Shown: positions 41,491 to 55,721 of the stretch, piece by piece
Layout of the letters: every line of letters starts with the position of its first letter
Position numbering within the stretch: the stretch's first letter is position 1
Origin: Balanoglossus misakiensis
Lineage: Eukaryota; Animalia; Hemichordata
Reading direction: 5' to 3'
NCBI GenBank assembly: GCA_040954595.2
Contig: CM082579.2
Location: forward strand, 2,245,908-2,309,907
Length of the DNA stretch: 64,000 bases
Position numbers and translations under genes: made by a program
The notes under the pieces: generated by a model
The model's database searches: none
Seen by the model: only the letters and a program-made list of their open reading frames with translations
Told to the model about the DNA's origin: nothing

Positions 41491-44363
41491 TCAGAATCGG
41501 TAGTACACATGAATCATCATGATGTCAGCTTCTTCTTTGTCTGAAAGAGAAGCGAATGTACAAGTAGTGTATTATTTCTTGTTGGGGCTTACGGCGCTTA
41601 CAGAAGTAAAAACCATTATGTGAGTACCTACTCCTACAAACAGAAGTTGAGAATAACCCCAAAGGTGCACACGTACTTCAACAGTCAGCAGAGACATGGC
41701 AAATAGAAAACAAGTAAAGAGGCGCACAAATATTTTGTATTTCCTCGAATTCTACCACGTCGGTACGATAAAAGCGTTCCTAGCTCATTCCAATCTAGTA
41801 CCAATAGGGGGCATACTACATTACGTGTCATCAAGTGTAAATGTACACGCACGGTATGCTTTCAACGTACTTGATTGATTCCAAGTCGTGTTTGTCTGCA
41901 GTGTACTGTACATGATGACTGACGACACATTGTTCGGCAGCCAATCACAGCCTGTCGTCATCCGATCTGCCACCAGAAGCCACCCTGACCAGGTGTTGCA
42001 ATTACCCACGCCATCAGCAACATTCACTAAGAATCCATTGCCAGACACAGGTGCGTCTGTAGTATTTGACAGATCAGTCCATGAGGACGCCAAAATACGA
42101 CTGGGGGTAAACCAGTCCGTCCTGTTACTACCTACGCCATCGAACACTATCGTGGCTTCTTCCACGCCATCTTTGAAGAGTGATAACTTCACCTGAAATA
42201 AAGCGACACAATGATTGAGAAGTGCCGTTTCTGCTGTGTGGAAGGGAGGGTGGCTTCTTTAGTCTCACAAAATAACTTACGTATTTAATGTACAGCTTGT
42301 CCCATCGATTGATCATTCCATTGACATAATTTTCAGTGCTGTTGGCACTGACTGTTGACACATTACCAATGGCAGTACCATCCAAAAACAACTGGTAAAG
42401 ATTGACGTCAGAACGGCCAGCGCCGAGGAACATCACCTCCCATTCTACAGAAGAACATGAACCATACAAGAATGTATTAGTACGACACAACGACCTGGAA
42501 AGCTAGTAAGTACACAGTCAGGAGTATTGAAGTCTCAAATAATGCTTTACGGAAGATCGTGACGGTCTGACTGACTGACTGTGAATGACCTTACCGGGGT
42601 CCCGAGCGAACACTTCAACTTCACAAAGTGAGATAGGCACAGTCCTCTCATCGGTTCTCTGCACACTCACAAATCGTCCAAACAGATGCACACAGTCCAG
42701 AAGTATCTGGCTTGTGACACTGGGATTTATCTCCGTGATCTTGCTACCGCATATATCGTTGTTCTCCTTTACACTCGACAACCCTACTCGGACTTCAGAT
42801 GAGACAATCCGATCGCCTATACATGTATGAGAGACATATAGTGGAAAGGAAAAGTGAGAGAGAGAGAGAATATTAGCGTGTCATGGAAAACCAACACCAG
42901 GAAAACAGAAATACATGTACACTGTATGTAAGTCATCAGTGATACTTACTGCAGCATTCCGACCTATTGGTTATATTTATCCACCGTATCAGGTAACTCT
43001 TCTGCAGGTCCACCATCCACCACGGATTTAGGCGATTAGTTGCTGTATGGGTACAATGGCCACCGACTTCCATCACCAGGAACCTATCTATTGTAGACCC
43101 ATCGACGGCAGTGCTGGCAACCCCGCCATACATTGTAGAACTCTGCCAGGCCGGTTTGCCTATGGCAACATTAGTGTACTGTATGACTGCAGCGAGAAGA
43201 TTGATCAACATAAATCAAGAACAATTAGTCAAATTCATGGAACTGAGTCTGAAAATAACAATCGAGTACCAGGGGCTTGCGTTTTGGAGCGCCTATATCT
43301 CTTCAATTGAAATTTGTTGTGTTGTGTAGCGCATCTTACTAAAACCTGAATGACTCGGATTGATAACAGGAGTGGTCAAGTTGTTTTACGCGATTGCCAC
43401 GCATGCGGTGTGCAGAGATTTCAAGTGCCGAACTTATAGATGGGAAGAGACAGACCCTTTTCACACTGAAGTCCGCGGAATCCTTCGACGCAGTCACATC
43501 GATGTTGGAAGGGCGGTCCATCTAAATTATCTGCGCACGGTGAAATCACGATGCACGTAGCGTTGTTGACACAACCATGATTCCAACAACTACCGAGTTC
43601 ACGAATCTGTGTTACAGGTAATGAGGAGAAAGAGGTACACTATGTCAGTCTGACGACCCATGCGTAGAGTACAGTGACACTGAAACTACATGAATGCGCA
43701 CTCTTGTATTTGAAATGATAAACACGAATCAGAATACATTTTTTCACGGTCTGTGGGTACAAGTATTATAACTTGTAATATAACTTGCACCAGGTTGCTC
43801 CAATTCTTTAAAAAAACCCACAAAGGTACACGTGTCTGACCCACCACTTCGTAATCTTGGCCAATCTCCATGTAGATGGAACTAGCCTCAGCATCAAGAT
43901 CTGACGAGGTGGCGCTATTAAGTTCACAGACACCGTTTAACTTCGAGAAGTTGATGGAGCCACATCCAGGAGTGTTAATGCACAGGTGTCCGCAGCTCAA
44001 CAGCGTGCCCACTGCCTTGGTCTTGAACACGTGGTCGCGAAGGCGAAATCCAGCCTTGACGTTGGTTACATAGGGTTCTTGAACATCAACGGAAACTGTT
44101 TGAGAATAATGCAGTGCTCATGTAAATAATTTGAAATCGCCGTTAAAAAATTTAACCGGTTTTGTATTATTTTAAATGTTATGAAACCCGATTACGGGAT
44201 AAATAACTGTACTTTCTTTACATAGTCTAACACAGAATGAAATCAGCGATGCGAAGGGAGAAAATACGAAGATAATGGTTGATTGCTTACCTGTGGAAAT
44301 AGGTGAACTCATCAACAACACAAACACTCCGATAGTGCGTCGACAGTTTAAAGCATAAACCAT
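41491..44363 (-). CDS. Secreted mosaic protein: signal peptide, PAN/Apple, EGF, F-type lectin (fucolectin) and an unassigned C-terminal domain
   Basis: Phase-consistent exons approx. 44363-44291 (signal), 44095-43845 (CGHLC...CGSINF...CELN, PAN), 43606-43456 (CWNHGCVNNATC...CDCVEGFRGLQCE, EGF), 43187-42950 and 42817-42595 (NVAIGKPAWQSS, AVDG, CTHT, PWWMVDL, LCEVEVF), 42444-42281, 42192-41872, 41540-41491. Confidence 0.85.
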
Positions 44364-45561
44364 GTCTCTGCAAGGCGCATCAACTCGCAGAAGAGAATAA
44401 ACTGAGAAATGTGAACATAACACCGACTATAGAGAGAACGTTATAGCTGTTGGAAGGACTCCCCAGCAGTGTCAACATTTCACAATAATATTCCTGTCAC
44501 TCCAGACTCGAGAAGTCATTCGTAGAAAAAGAAAGAAAAACATTTAATCGATTCTGAGTGGCTCATCTCATCCACTAAATGACAAATTTCGATATCTCCT
44601 TTCAGACCGCAGTTTGTACGGAGAACAACGACAGGTGTTCTGTAAATGAAAATTTACCTTTAAACCAGTATGAGCAAAGTGCATATTTTATTCTGTCGGT
44701 TTTTGTGACTTGTGCTATATGAAGTGTATTATTGATGTTTGTATAGGGTTTTAGTATTTGTCGGGGCCTGATGTGACAGACAGATTTCTATAATTCGTAC
44801 TGACAATAAATATGTTTCTAACAGTTCTGAATAATATGCTTTCTGAGTAATGGTACGCTTTCTATTTCTGACTTGCAAAAACAACTATTTCCTAGAATTC
44901 AGGTGAAGTTACGTTGATGTACCGCATCGATTTGAGAACCACTATCCCTCTTTTGGCTCGTATGAAGGATTGATTCGTTGGAGATCTTATTTTGCCCAAA
45001 CCTATAGTATCCATTCAAAGATATCAAAGTACAAAGCAATCCAAACGTGCCACTCGTCGATCAATGATATCATAAACGTAAAGACAAACATTTACATTTC
45101 TCGATAAAAAGTATCGATTCTGGGATAATGTTGTTTTCTTAAAAGTTGCACAATGTACAATAATTAGTGTCTTGTTTCATGTCAGTTGTTTGATAAATGT
45201 CATCATGAGAAGAGGTTCCTGCATGAAAGTGCTTTGGGAGCTATAGCTATGTGGGTAATACGTATCTGCAGGTGAAACATAACACTGAAGCATGACCGAT
45301 ATGTTGAGTGTGTTCCACAGAATGTTTGAAGGGGTATTAGCAAACTAGTCCACCAAATCCATCAACACAATATTTTTTAGCAAATTTTATTTCAATTTTA
45401 TTGAGATAAGCTGTTATCCGGCTTCTGTGAATTTTGTGCTATCAACACGTATTTTCTATTCCGGCAACCAATCGAAGAAAATGGATGGCCTAATTTCCAT
45501 ACAAGCGGAGGTGTACACCTGGGATTTCAACATCGAATGAATGAAAGCAAGCGTCACTTCA

Positions 45562-46681
45562 CTATAAGCTTATCGTGCTGGTATTTGGGCAGCATATTTG
45601 GTGAGCTTTGTCTGATGTCGATGTCGCAGGTCGCTCGAGGATAACGATGGTCGAGTTCACTGTCAACCAGCGAGTCCACAGTTTTGACATCACGAACTTG
45701 AACTCCACCACAATTAGACAGAACCCCATTATGTCCATGGGGATGTATATGGTGTACGAAACCTGTCCGACCAACGATGACCTCTCGTAGTCGGCAGCTG
45801 GATCGCTGCTCAGTAGGGACCACGCCATCCAAGACACGGTGCAGAGGATGAATGAAAACGAAAGAACCGTCACGCCTATATGGAGGCGCTCGTCAAGACT
45901 GAGTGGAACCCTTTTCCACTGAAATGAAAAAAAATAAGAATTACGGAAAGTCTTAGAAACATTCTCAGGCTGCAAAACGTGAACTTCCCTTTCGAGATAC
46001 AATGGCATTTGTTTTATAAAGCTTCTTAAATTTCAAGTAAATAACCATTCTACACTAAAACAGCATGCCCATCTTTGTGTATTTCTGCGAAGAAACTAAG
46101 CATTGTACAATGTGCGTCAGCCTCTAGTCACATTTTCTCACCCTGCGGAAATTTCTGTTGATTATAGTCTTGATTCTGTAGCTTTCCAGGCATATTTCAC
46201 ACGTGTAGCAACCTTGGCAGACGATCCACTTCCTTAGACAGTCCCGGTGACAATATTGCGAAGTTCCCGAGCACAAGCATGGCGTGTAGAGGTCGCCTGC
46301 TTCTCGTCCGCTGTGACAAATCCTACAGAAGCTCCTGTTTGAGTCGGCGCTGCTGAGAGAGCTGACATCACTGGTGACGTGTGGCGGAATGTCCGACTGA
46401 CGTAGCACCTGTTGCGTCGTCATGGTGTCGCTGCTTCTGATGCGGATGGCGATACTAGGGTTTTGCGTGACATCCCTGGGAATAGGCGAGGATGTCCTAG
46501 TGTCACTGTTTTCAAGACGGTGGACAGCATATCGGCCTATATTGGCCGAACTCACATCAGACGTACCGATTCTGGGTCTGGGTCCGTTCGATAAGGTCGT
46601 CAACTGTAAACCCATTTCTGCAAGATTTGATTCCACTCGACCATAAGGAACGTCGTGTGTGTGGTCGTCTGACTGTGACAT
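45562..46681 (-). CDS. MARCH-family RING-CH (RINGv) E3 ubiquitin ligase with two TM helices
   Basis: Exons 46681-46142 and 45918-45562. CRICH...PCLCSGTSQYCHRDCLRKW...CEIC (C4HC3) followed by two hydrophobic segments and KLWTRWLTVN. Confidence 0.88.
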
Positions 46682-47909
46682 GTTTGCCGCCGACGGTATG
46701 TTTATCAGTCGGTGTCTGAAAATTGCGCCGACTCGTGCGCAAACAGCAACAAAGAATTCACCGAGAGAAAACAACTGACTACTATTTCACGAACGTTTCA
46801 TAAAGCCAAACTGTTTGAGTGTCCTGTCGATTTCGACTACGAGTTCGATATTGTGACGTTGCATTGCTGCGTCACAATCCAACCAAGGAATCTGGGCCTG
46901 AACATCCCAGCTGAAAAGTCTCACTCCCCGTGAATGTAAACGCTGTTCCTCTGTGGAGAGACTGTGGTGTAAAATTATAAACTAAAACAACGCATTATAT
47001 CAAAGCACAGCAAACTTCGCGAACTTCACACAGGCAGAAATTTGCAAACAAAAGTTCCAGAACAAAGTATTCTTTTTTTCTCACAACAGCGCCATCTCCG
47101 AGTTCTTGACACACAAAATTATTTCCCAGAATGCAATTGTGCATCCTTTCGCCATTACTGAGATCAAGGTAGGGGCGATGGTTTCGTGGTATGCGTAAGA
47201 AATCGACCGTCATCAGCCTTATGAAATAAAATTAGAAAATATAGTTATTGCAGTAACGACAAGAGACAAACAGTAATCATGATTATGGGGTAATCGGGGG
47301 TTTAATTCCAACAATCCCACGAAAATGGCCATTTTCCATCTCGTAGTGGCACCATCGAAACATCATGTGTTGTGGTTATTGGGTCGTACTGTCTCGTTGT
47401 AATGCCGCAAGATAGACCAAAAGAAAGTCGAATCAAGCGACAGTTGTATGTAGTGAAGAGAACGGCTCTTGGGCCATTAGCTGTAATATTTCCGAACAAA
47501 ATCACCAAGTTTGAAAATCTATGGCATTTAGCACACGGAAATGGGGATCGATGTCTGTTTTGTGTTTTGGTTATGTACCATATACAGTGTACAATTTTAG
47601 TGTTACTGGCGAAGTGGACGTTCGAGTCGTAAAGAAATCTTTAATTTGTGCAATTGTGGTGGTGGTGGTGATGAGGGTAATAATGATGATGGTGCAGCTC
47701 TGCGTGGCAGGGGTATGTGTTGTTACCGGCTATCCCAACCAGCTGCAGACGGTAAACAACACAGCCCTGCCACTCAAAGCTGGGCTGATGAAAATGCAAT
47801 GCACAAGGAGGTATTATTGAATTACGTTTAGTTTGATTTAATTTTGAAATATGTGAAGACTGTCATCCATTGATTTCTGATTTTTTCTATCTGCTGTTTC
47901 CTCAAATAG

Positions 47910-49097
47910 ATGGTCAAGAAGGGAGAGAAAAAGAAGGGTCGTTCGACCATGAACGATGTAGTCACACGTGAATATACCATTCACTTGCATAAAAGAATCC
48001 ATGGCATGTAAGTAGTCTAACTGTGTGTGTGTGTTTATGAGCACACTCTCAAAATGAAGGTTAATAACATGTATTTAGAAACATATAATTCTTTCGCCAG
48101 TATACACATAGATAAATATTACAAATGATTTTGTAAAAAGATGTGTTACTAAACCATGATTTAAAGGTGATTATTGGCATTGTGGTGATTGAGAGCTGTA
48201 GATATCATCTGTTGATTTGTTTGTGGTGTTGTTCACAGCGGCTTCAAGAAACGAGCTCCCCGAGCAGTGAAGGAAATCAGAAAGTTTGCAGAGAAAATGA
48301 TGGGCACCCCTGATATAAGAATTGACACTAGACTCAACAAGCACATATGGTCGCAGGGTGTTAAGTAAGTACATCGTCAATACAAAACGGTTCTTCACAT
48401 ACAGCCATGCATGGATGGAAACTCCATGCATTATGTTTTGGACAAGCCAGGCTATGTTGTGAATAGCCCTATTAATATACACTGCCATCTTTCAGTGTCG
48501 AATGTCATGTGGGTCACTTACAGGCCCATTCATAACCAAAATTGAAATTACTACATGACGATTCTATATGGCTGAAATAGAACACTTGTCTGCACTTTCC
48601 TGGGTTGAAAACAAAGGTGAACACATCTAAAATTGGTGTACATTGTACTTTAGTGTTGAGGAAGGGCTAGACATACAACTTTGACCACAGTATACGTCAT
48701 AGATCACATTGAAAACCTAGGATTTGATTTCCACCAACACCAGTAGCATCACTGACAACTGTTCATTTTGCCAACAGGAGTGTACCATACAGAGTGCGTG
48801 TGAGATTAGCCAGGAAAAGAAATGAAGATGAAGATTCTGCTAACAAGTTTTATACTCTGGTTACCTACGTTGCAGTTGCCTCATTCAAAGGTAAGCTGGC
48901 TGTCTCCACAAGCTGTCTTCACACCACAACACATTCAAATGACTTCACATGTATTGAGAAGTAGCTTTTTACCATATTCGAGAGATAACATGTTGATACA
49001 AACAACTTTTTTCTCCCATGACCCATGTCTCTGACTTACCGTCTCAACCTCTCATATTTCAGGTCTGCACACACAGAATGTGGACAGTGAAGATTAA
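47910..49097 (+). CDS. RPL31: 60S ribosomal protein L31 (eL31)
   Basis: Exons 47910-48007, 48239-48364, 48778-48890, 49063-49097. [74 protein letters not shown]. Confidence 0.97.
48490..48628 (+). ncRNA. Candidate intronic H/ACA-box snoRNA in RPL31
   Basis: Hairpin TTTCAGT..GCTGAAA enclosing GAATGTCATGTGG/CTACATGACGATTC, then ATAGAA (ANANNA), a second hairpin CACTT..AAGGTG and ACA. Folded by eye only. Confidence 0.45.
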
Positions 49098-50197
49098 GCC
49101 AGTGTACTACAGGGAAAAAATAATTATTTCTTCTCAGACAGTGATGCTGTAAGGACTTGCATCTTCTCACCCTGCAAATTTAGGATCAATCCTATGAAGT
49201 GTACATTCAGTGGAGTTGTTACATGCAAATAAAAAGGCCCTGTCTGCACTTGAAATTTGTCTGCCTTTTTCTCTGTCTGATGTTTTCCATTTCAACTGAT
49301 ATGATACCTGCTCTCCAGAATGGCCCTAGACTCTCTCACGGTTGAGGATGCATCCGTGTGCAACATGTAGAGTCTTGTATAAACGAACTGTGGGCTGTGA
49401 GAGTCTTTGACCAATCACACTGTCCTTAATCATACCAAACAGAAAGTAGACTTCTATAACACCGGTGATGGCGCTGTTCTTCTTGGATGTTGGAAACGAT
49501 GACACGCCCTCGAATGACCGCATGATCTGATGATGGCAATCAGAAATTTCAACAATTTATTATCGGAGACGTTGAATCCTTGTACATTTACCTTGATTCG
49601 GGTGTTTTTCTCTGTAACTTCTTTATTGTTATGTATGACGTGAGATAAAAAGTGTCAATATGCTATAAATGAAAAGGCAATTGAAATGTAGGGAAATCTT
49701 ACTTATCGTCCGTGTTTTTATCGAGATCAAATCTTCATACCGGAACAAAGATAAAAAATTGTCATTCGCACGTCACACTTTGCGCGATCAATATTCCGGA
49801 TTGAGTTTATTGATTTGCACCACCTGGATACATGTCGACGAACAGATTAACCATCGGACCTTGGCACTGAGAAAACAGGGTAATGCTATCTGCAACATGA
49901 CAAATCGGTACTGAATGACCTACCATCACCGCTTTGGGTGTTTTCAGGTGGGTTGACGCATAAGTTGTCAACCGAGAATGCAACTCATAATACATAAAAT
50001 CCACACAGATCCGTTACCCCGAATAAAAGTGCGATGAACTGACCGTACTTTTAACCAGGACGATTGGTTATCACACCTGTGAGACTGTTTTAACAAGGAA
50101 GTGTGCGTGTAGTATTGTTTTGTACAATCCTGTAACCTGACTGAGGTTATTGTCAGTGTCACAATGGCCGCAGTTGTACTTGGCTTTTCTTCTCGTG

Positions 50198-50212
50198 GTT
50201 GCTCATGGCAAC
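50198..50212. promoter_or_regulatory. RFX X-box motif
   Basis: GTTGCTCATGGCAAC fits the palindromic X-box pattern GTTGCY-N(1-3)-RGCAAC. Confidence 0.4.
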
Positions 50213-50953
50213 TCCTCTAAGGTAACTTCAAGAAAACTGGGTACAGCACAATATATAGTCACTAATACTGGGATTTATACATCAGTGGTATTGGGGGAAT
50301 TCGCAACAGAAAGTAATGCTAAAAGCGCCAACTAAGCAGTGAACAGGATCTCAGTAACTTAACTTTTCTTAACCTAACTTTACTTAACGTTAAAGTGCCC
50401 CCATTTCAACTTTGCGAATATAGGTGTTATTTAATTTATTTGTGATAAAAGATTTTACTGATGCGTTGAAAATTGAACGGAAAGGGGTTGAAAAATGTCA
50501 CCCAGACAGCTCATTTGATGCAAAACGCGTTTTGCTTTCAAGACACAATACAAAGCCACAAAGGAAATCTTTTCAGACATGGTAATATGTAGAAACAACT
50601 TTTAACAATTACCCGGCCTTTATTGTTGGAATGTTCCGTCTGTGTCGCCGCGTCCTTCAGGTGAGCGCCAGAGAAGTCTTCAAGGTCAAACTTACGAATT
50701 TGATCTCCCTCGACGATGGCGCAAGCCTCTAATATAACGTGGCATGGCAACATAGAGTATGCACTGTCTTGTGAATTTTCAAACCTTGTATACCTTGATG
50801 TTTATTTGATTCTTATTTTCCCTCATAGTATGATGCCAATTGTCAGTCATTGCAGCACTGTGACGGGTCCAGCCAGACTTGTACACTATCTGTACACTAT
50901 TCAACATGTTTCAAGAAGTGGACGAAACATTTCCAGTTGACCGAACAAACATA

Positions 50954-51036
50954 CAAACAAACAAACAAACAAACAAACAAACAAACAAACAAACAAACAA
51001 ACAAACAAACAAACAAACAAACAAACAAACAAACAA
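50954..51036. repeat. (CAAA)n microsatellite
   Basis: About 20 perfect tetranucleotide copies. Confidence 0.97.
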
Positions 51037-54000
51037 AACAACAAATCTGAGAGCCTTTATTATTTGTCTCGTGTCGATTTGCGCAACACAGTTATTAGTC
51101 CGCTATTGACTCATTGTGACTTAGCCAAAATAGCCGCATACTGAACCGTCAGCACTTGATTCAGCCGATGAAGCATGCGCAATCAACCTTCGTTGGACGG
51201 TATACGCTTACGTCATAACCGCCGATAAACACCGTGTGGTAAACTTTAATGCGCCCGTCACCATTATCTTTTTATCGGATATACAAGGTCACGTTAACCC
51301 GAATGTCTGGTACGGAGTGCCTTCGTTTGTGCTGCAAATGTAGAAGAAACGTCAACACTGGAGAAACAATACTACCTCTCCAACTTGAAATTTGCGACAC
51401 GGCTCTATTGTTTAGTTTCAAGTCTCTAAAATAAAGCGAGTACATTAAAATATATTGTGAGAATAAAACTCGCATTGACCTTGTAGAGCACATCTTGCAG
51501 GGTTTATAACTCTTTGCTCTGTAGCAGATGGGTTCATACTCCAGCATTTATCGCCTCCTCGCGCCGCCAGCTGAAACAGGTTGACCGAAATACTTTCACT
51601 ACTTTTTGCTTTTGACACTTGTCCTCGTCCCACAATCAACCTGACTTGAGCAGCACATGAAGGACTACATACGTTGGAAAACACAATCTTCCCATGTTTT
51701 CCATACCAATCGTAACATTATTACAATTTATATATTTATATCAAATATTTCTGAAGTATTTTGTATTAGCTCGTAATATAGTCTGTTTTCTGGATAGATT
51801 CAGTTCCTGGCAATGTTCGCCTCTATAGGTAGAAGGCTGTCAAAATGATGGCAGCATCAAAACCACGTTCTATGAAACGAGTGACTATTTATCACGTCAC
51901 AGTTACAACAAATAGTAAATACAATGGTTAATTTGCTGCCGGGGGTATGGCCAAGCGAGAGGGTTATTGTTTACTTTTGGCCAGTGACATGTGTTGCTTC
52001 GCCATAGCCCCCCGGACACCACTGCCTAAACATAAACACGGCTCTCCGTGCGCGCCTTTGACAAAACACGTTGTCATTGCTGCGTACCGTTCTCTCACAG
52101 TGGTGATTCACGGCGCCCGAGGTCAGAAGTCAACTGGAAAGACGGAGAATTAAAATGAAAACATCCACGACGCGAACTGAAGGAGGTGATTTATTGTCAA
52201 TCTTTCCCGACCGGCTTTAGTGAGATGTGTACGTAAACACAGCTTCAAGTTGATCGCCTCCGAGATATTAGGTCAGCGCGTCTCCCGGATCGCCTTGTGC
52301 GCGCCTTGCGCTGTGATGATTGATCGCCATAGCAACCGAAACGACGGAATGCCTGAGAGACCCTTTTAAGCATTTTGAAAGATGAGTTAATTGGACCGTG
52401 GATTTAAAAAGACCACCCTGCTGTCGGCGTATGTGTTTAATCACCATCTGAATTTCCCAGCGTCCAATCTCTAAGATGGATTGCGTTGACACGGCTGAGT
52501 TGCCATCTCTCCAGTACCACGCACCATTTAACCGATTAAATGGCTACCTACAACGGTTGTGTGTCGCTAAAATTAAACGAATAATTTCTGTTCGTGTATT
52601 TTACCGGACGTTTTTTTTTCGCGTCTTTCCTTTCTGCACTAAACATTGCTGAAATCTCTAAAGTGGTCTTGAACAAAATGTATTCTCGTTTCTCGGCGAA
52701 ACCACGTCATGTGATGTTTCATAGAGTAAGATGGGTTCGTTCAGGAAATGCGCGGCGTCTTATTAATTATTGAAGCTCACAAGTTGGAAACCGAAATAAA
52801 CAGTTTGTACACTACTCTGTTTTGAAAAGAATGGCTGTACGCGCGTGTAAAATTTTATGAGCCCTTCAGAGTTATTGTTCTTCATGTTCTGAGCGGACCC
52901 AGAATTTAGTTGTCAATAGTAACAATGTTGACTGTCCGTAAACATGTTGTAAAGACATACCAACCGCATGTTTTAAAGGAATAACACGAGACACTGAAGT
53001 CGATGCGCAAAACAAATCAGTTAGAAATATGTAATAGGATATGCAATTTATATGACATATAGCTAGTCCGTTCTCTGTTTTGTTTGTAAACGATACTGCA
53101 AGTTTTTGAAAGTGGTGGACTGAGAAATTTAGAATGAAGTGAAAAATGTAAAGTATATTATTACCCACGCTGTCACAATAAAACAGGTAAAAGTAAAGAA
53201 ATATATACGAAAGTTGGAAGTCAGGGTCAAGTGTTTGAGTCAATGGGTCTAGATTTATTAGGAATACTAGTAGAAAGGGATGATGATGCAGCGATGAAAC
53301 TTGAAGAGGAAGTCTGCTTATTATTTAACTTTGGCTCATAAAACAAATGTCGTATGCGTTAACCAGATCTTCCATCACCCGAGTTCAGAAAATTGAAGGT
53401 AAATGCGTAGTGTGGTCATTTGTGGATTTGTCGTCGTCGTCATCGTTACCATCACCATTAAATTACCAGTCATTTTGATAGTTTATAACACGCGACTTGG
53501 CATGGGGCGCTGGGCATATACCCGGTGCAGAGTATAAAATTTCACCGCATGCGGTACTTCGGTGCGTCTCAGAAGAATGATATATCTGCCCTTTCCTTTT
53601 GTGTACTTAACTTAACGGTCGGTGGTACAGATACTGTAAGATGTAGATCACAAAAATGTACCCCCTCGAATTCAATCTCGGAACACTATCTCCCTCGGTG
53701 ATTAATTTCTTTATCAGTTGTGTGTTGTGGCGAATTAGCGTGTTTGGCATGACCTCATTCGCGGGCTCATTTATCGCAAGGGCCGCTCAACGCAAGAGTG
53801 GAAGACGCGGACAATTGTACAGCATCTCGTGAAAGATGTCACGCCGAGATACTGTATACAATGTAAAGCGTGCACTGTTTGGGACCAATAAACGGTTGTT
53901 AGGCGGGAACTGATAAACACATTATGGGGCGACGTTATTATTACGGACGCGCTGTTTACTTTGTTGGGGGTGCTGTAAGCTTAACTGCGGGTCACATGAG

Positions 54001-55721
54001 GTCACTGAAATACATCGGCACTTTATAGGGTCGCTGTCCTTTTGAGTCCTTAAGTTTCTGACGCAACGTCTCAACTAAAAAAAATAGTGGCCCAAGTTTT
54101 AGTCGGCGACTTAATTAAAGAAAGAAAAAAAACAGCCATTCGTTTTTATGTTGTAACGTATAGAGATGTACATGTTCAGTTGCAGAAAGGTATCGAACAT
54201 ATACCTGTCTGTAGAATTATAGACAGTTGAGCGAGTTTATGGTAGAATTCTTTCATTCAGTTTTGTTAATCACCACTTGTAAGAAGTACATTGAATTGAT
54301 AATGCAGTCAAGGTCTTATGAATGAAACTGCCCCAAACCCTTTCTTTCTCTATTTCTGTTAAGTCCTCTATATACTACATGGAACCAAGGGGTATGTATA
54401 ATCTTATTTTTTTTAAATAATAAAATCGACGTCGCTGGCCAGTATGCTTTGTCCTCTAAACCCATATAACACAAAGAACTGTGCCAGTGTACTTTTACAA
54501 TGGTTATTTCAGTTCATTGATTGTCACAGATATCTCAAATCGGTGCGAAACTGTGTGTATTAGTATCGGCATGGCTGTATACTGCCAACTTCTGGGGGAT
54601 GTTCATTTTTATCCGTCAGCGATTACCGCGGAGGGTGGAATGTTGGACAATGTGATGGCGGCCTTCAAATCTCTAAAGTTCGGTCTCACGTCAAAAGCGT
54701 CCAGGCAATCAAAACGGGCAATCAAAACTGTTTGCAGTGGCGGAGCCTATACCCTCTTAGGTTATGTATACGCATAACACAGTCCGTGTGGGGGAATTCT
54801 CCCGGTTTTATATTAGCGATGCCGCGGCTACTATTTCCAGACGCGAGTCTAGCACGAAGATGTAAACCGATATCCCAGTGGCGTGATGCAAATGTGAAAA
54901 AAGAGAAAAGCATAGAAACGGGCCTGAATCGGCCGGTGACGTAAGTAAGCCGTCAGCGCCCGCGCGACACCGTCAAGGAATACTCTTGTTGTCATGGCAG
55001 CGGGAAATCAACGCCGACCAGGAGCAAATCGAAGGGGGGATACGAGCCCTTCTAGAATCGAGTGTCCCTTTGTCAAAGAATAAAAAAGCCAAGACTCTTG
55101 TAAGCCGGGAGAGTTGGTTACGTAGGTATGTCACGGTGTCGCCGTGTGTACTCAGGGTTCGCTCGAGTTAACCTCTGCTGCGCACGCACACTTCAGACCA
55201 AAGTGGCATATTGATCAAATTACACTCGGAGGAACACACATACATAGTGGTACACCGTACTCTTAATACCAAGGAAATACCTTTACTGCTCAATACCATT
55301 ACAAACAAAGATGCACATTGCTGGCGTGACAGGATCATCAAGAGACGAAGTCTCTTTCTGCACTGTCTATGACATGAATGTCGCTTGCCGTAAAAGACTA
55401 AAAACGCTCTTTGAGCGTTCATGTAAATTTTGCGACTGGTTGCTTGTAACTAAAAACCTCCTATCAAGAATGGCAGTTATTTTACGATTTCACCCGACAA
55501 GTACATGGTCGTATAGGGACGCTGGAAATAAATAGCGACAATATATTAACTATAAATATAGTCTCCGTTAGCGGCGGCGACTATTATAGTCATAATGCGC
55601 TGTCCCATTTTCGACCATGATAGCCGGGTTAAGTCACAGCATTAATTGTAAAAAAGCTGACATTGTCATGACTGCTTTACCGAGTCTATTATCTATAAAT
55701 ATGATGTATGACATATATCTC

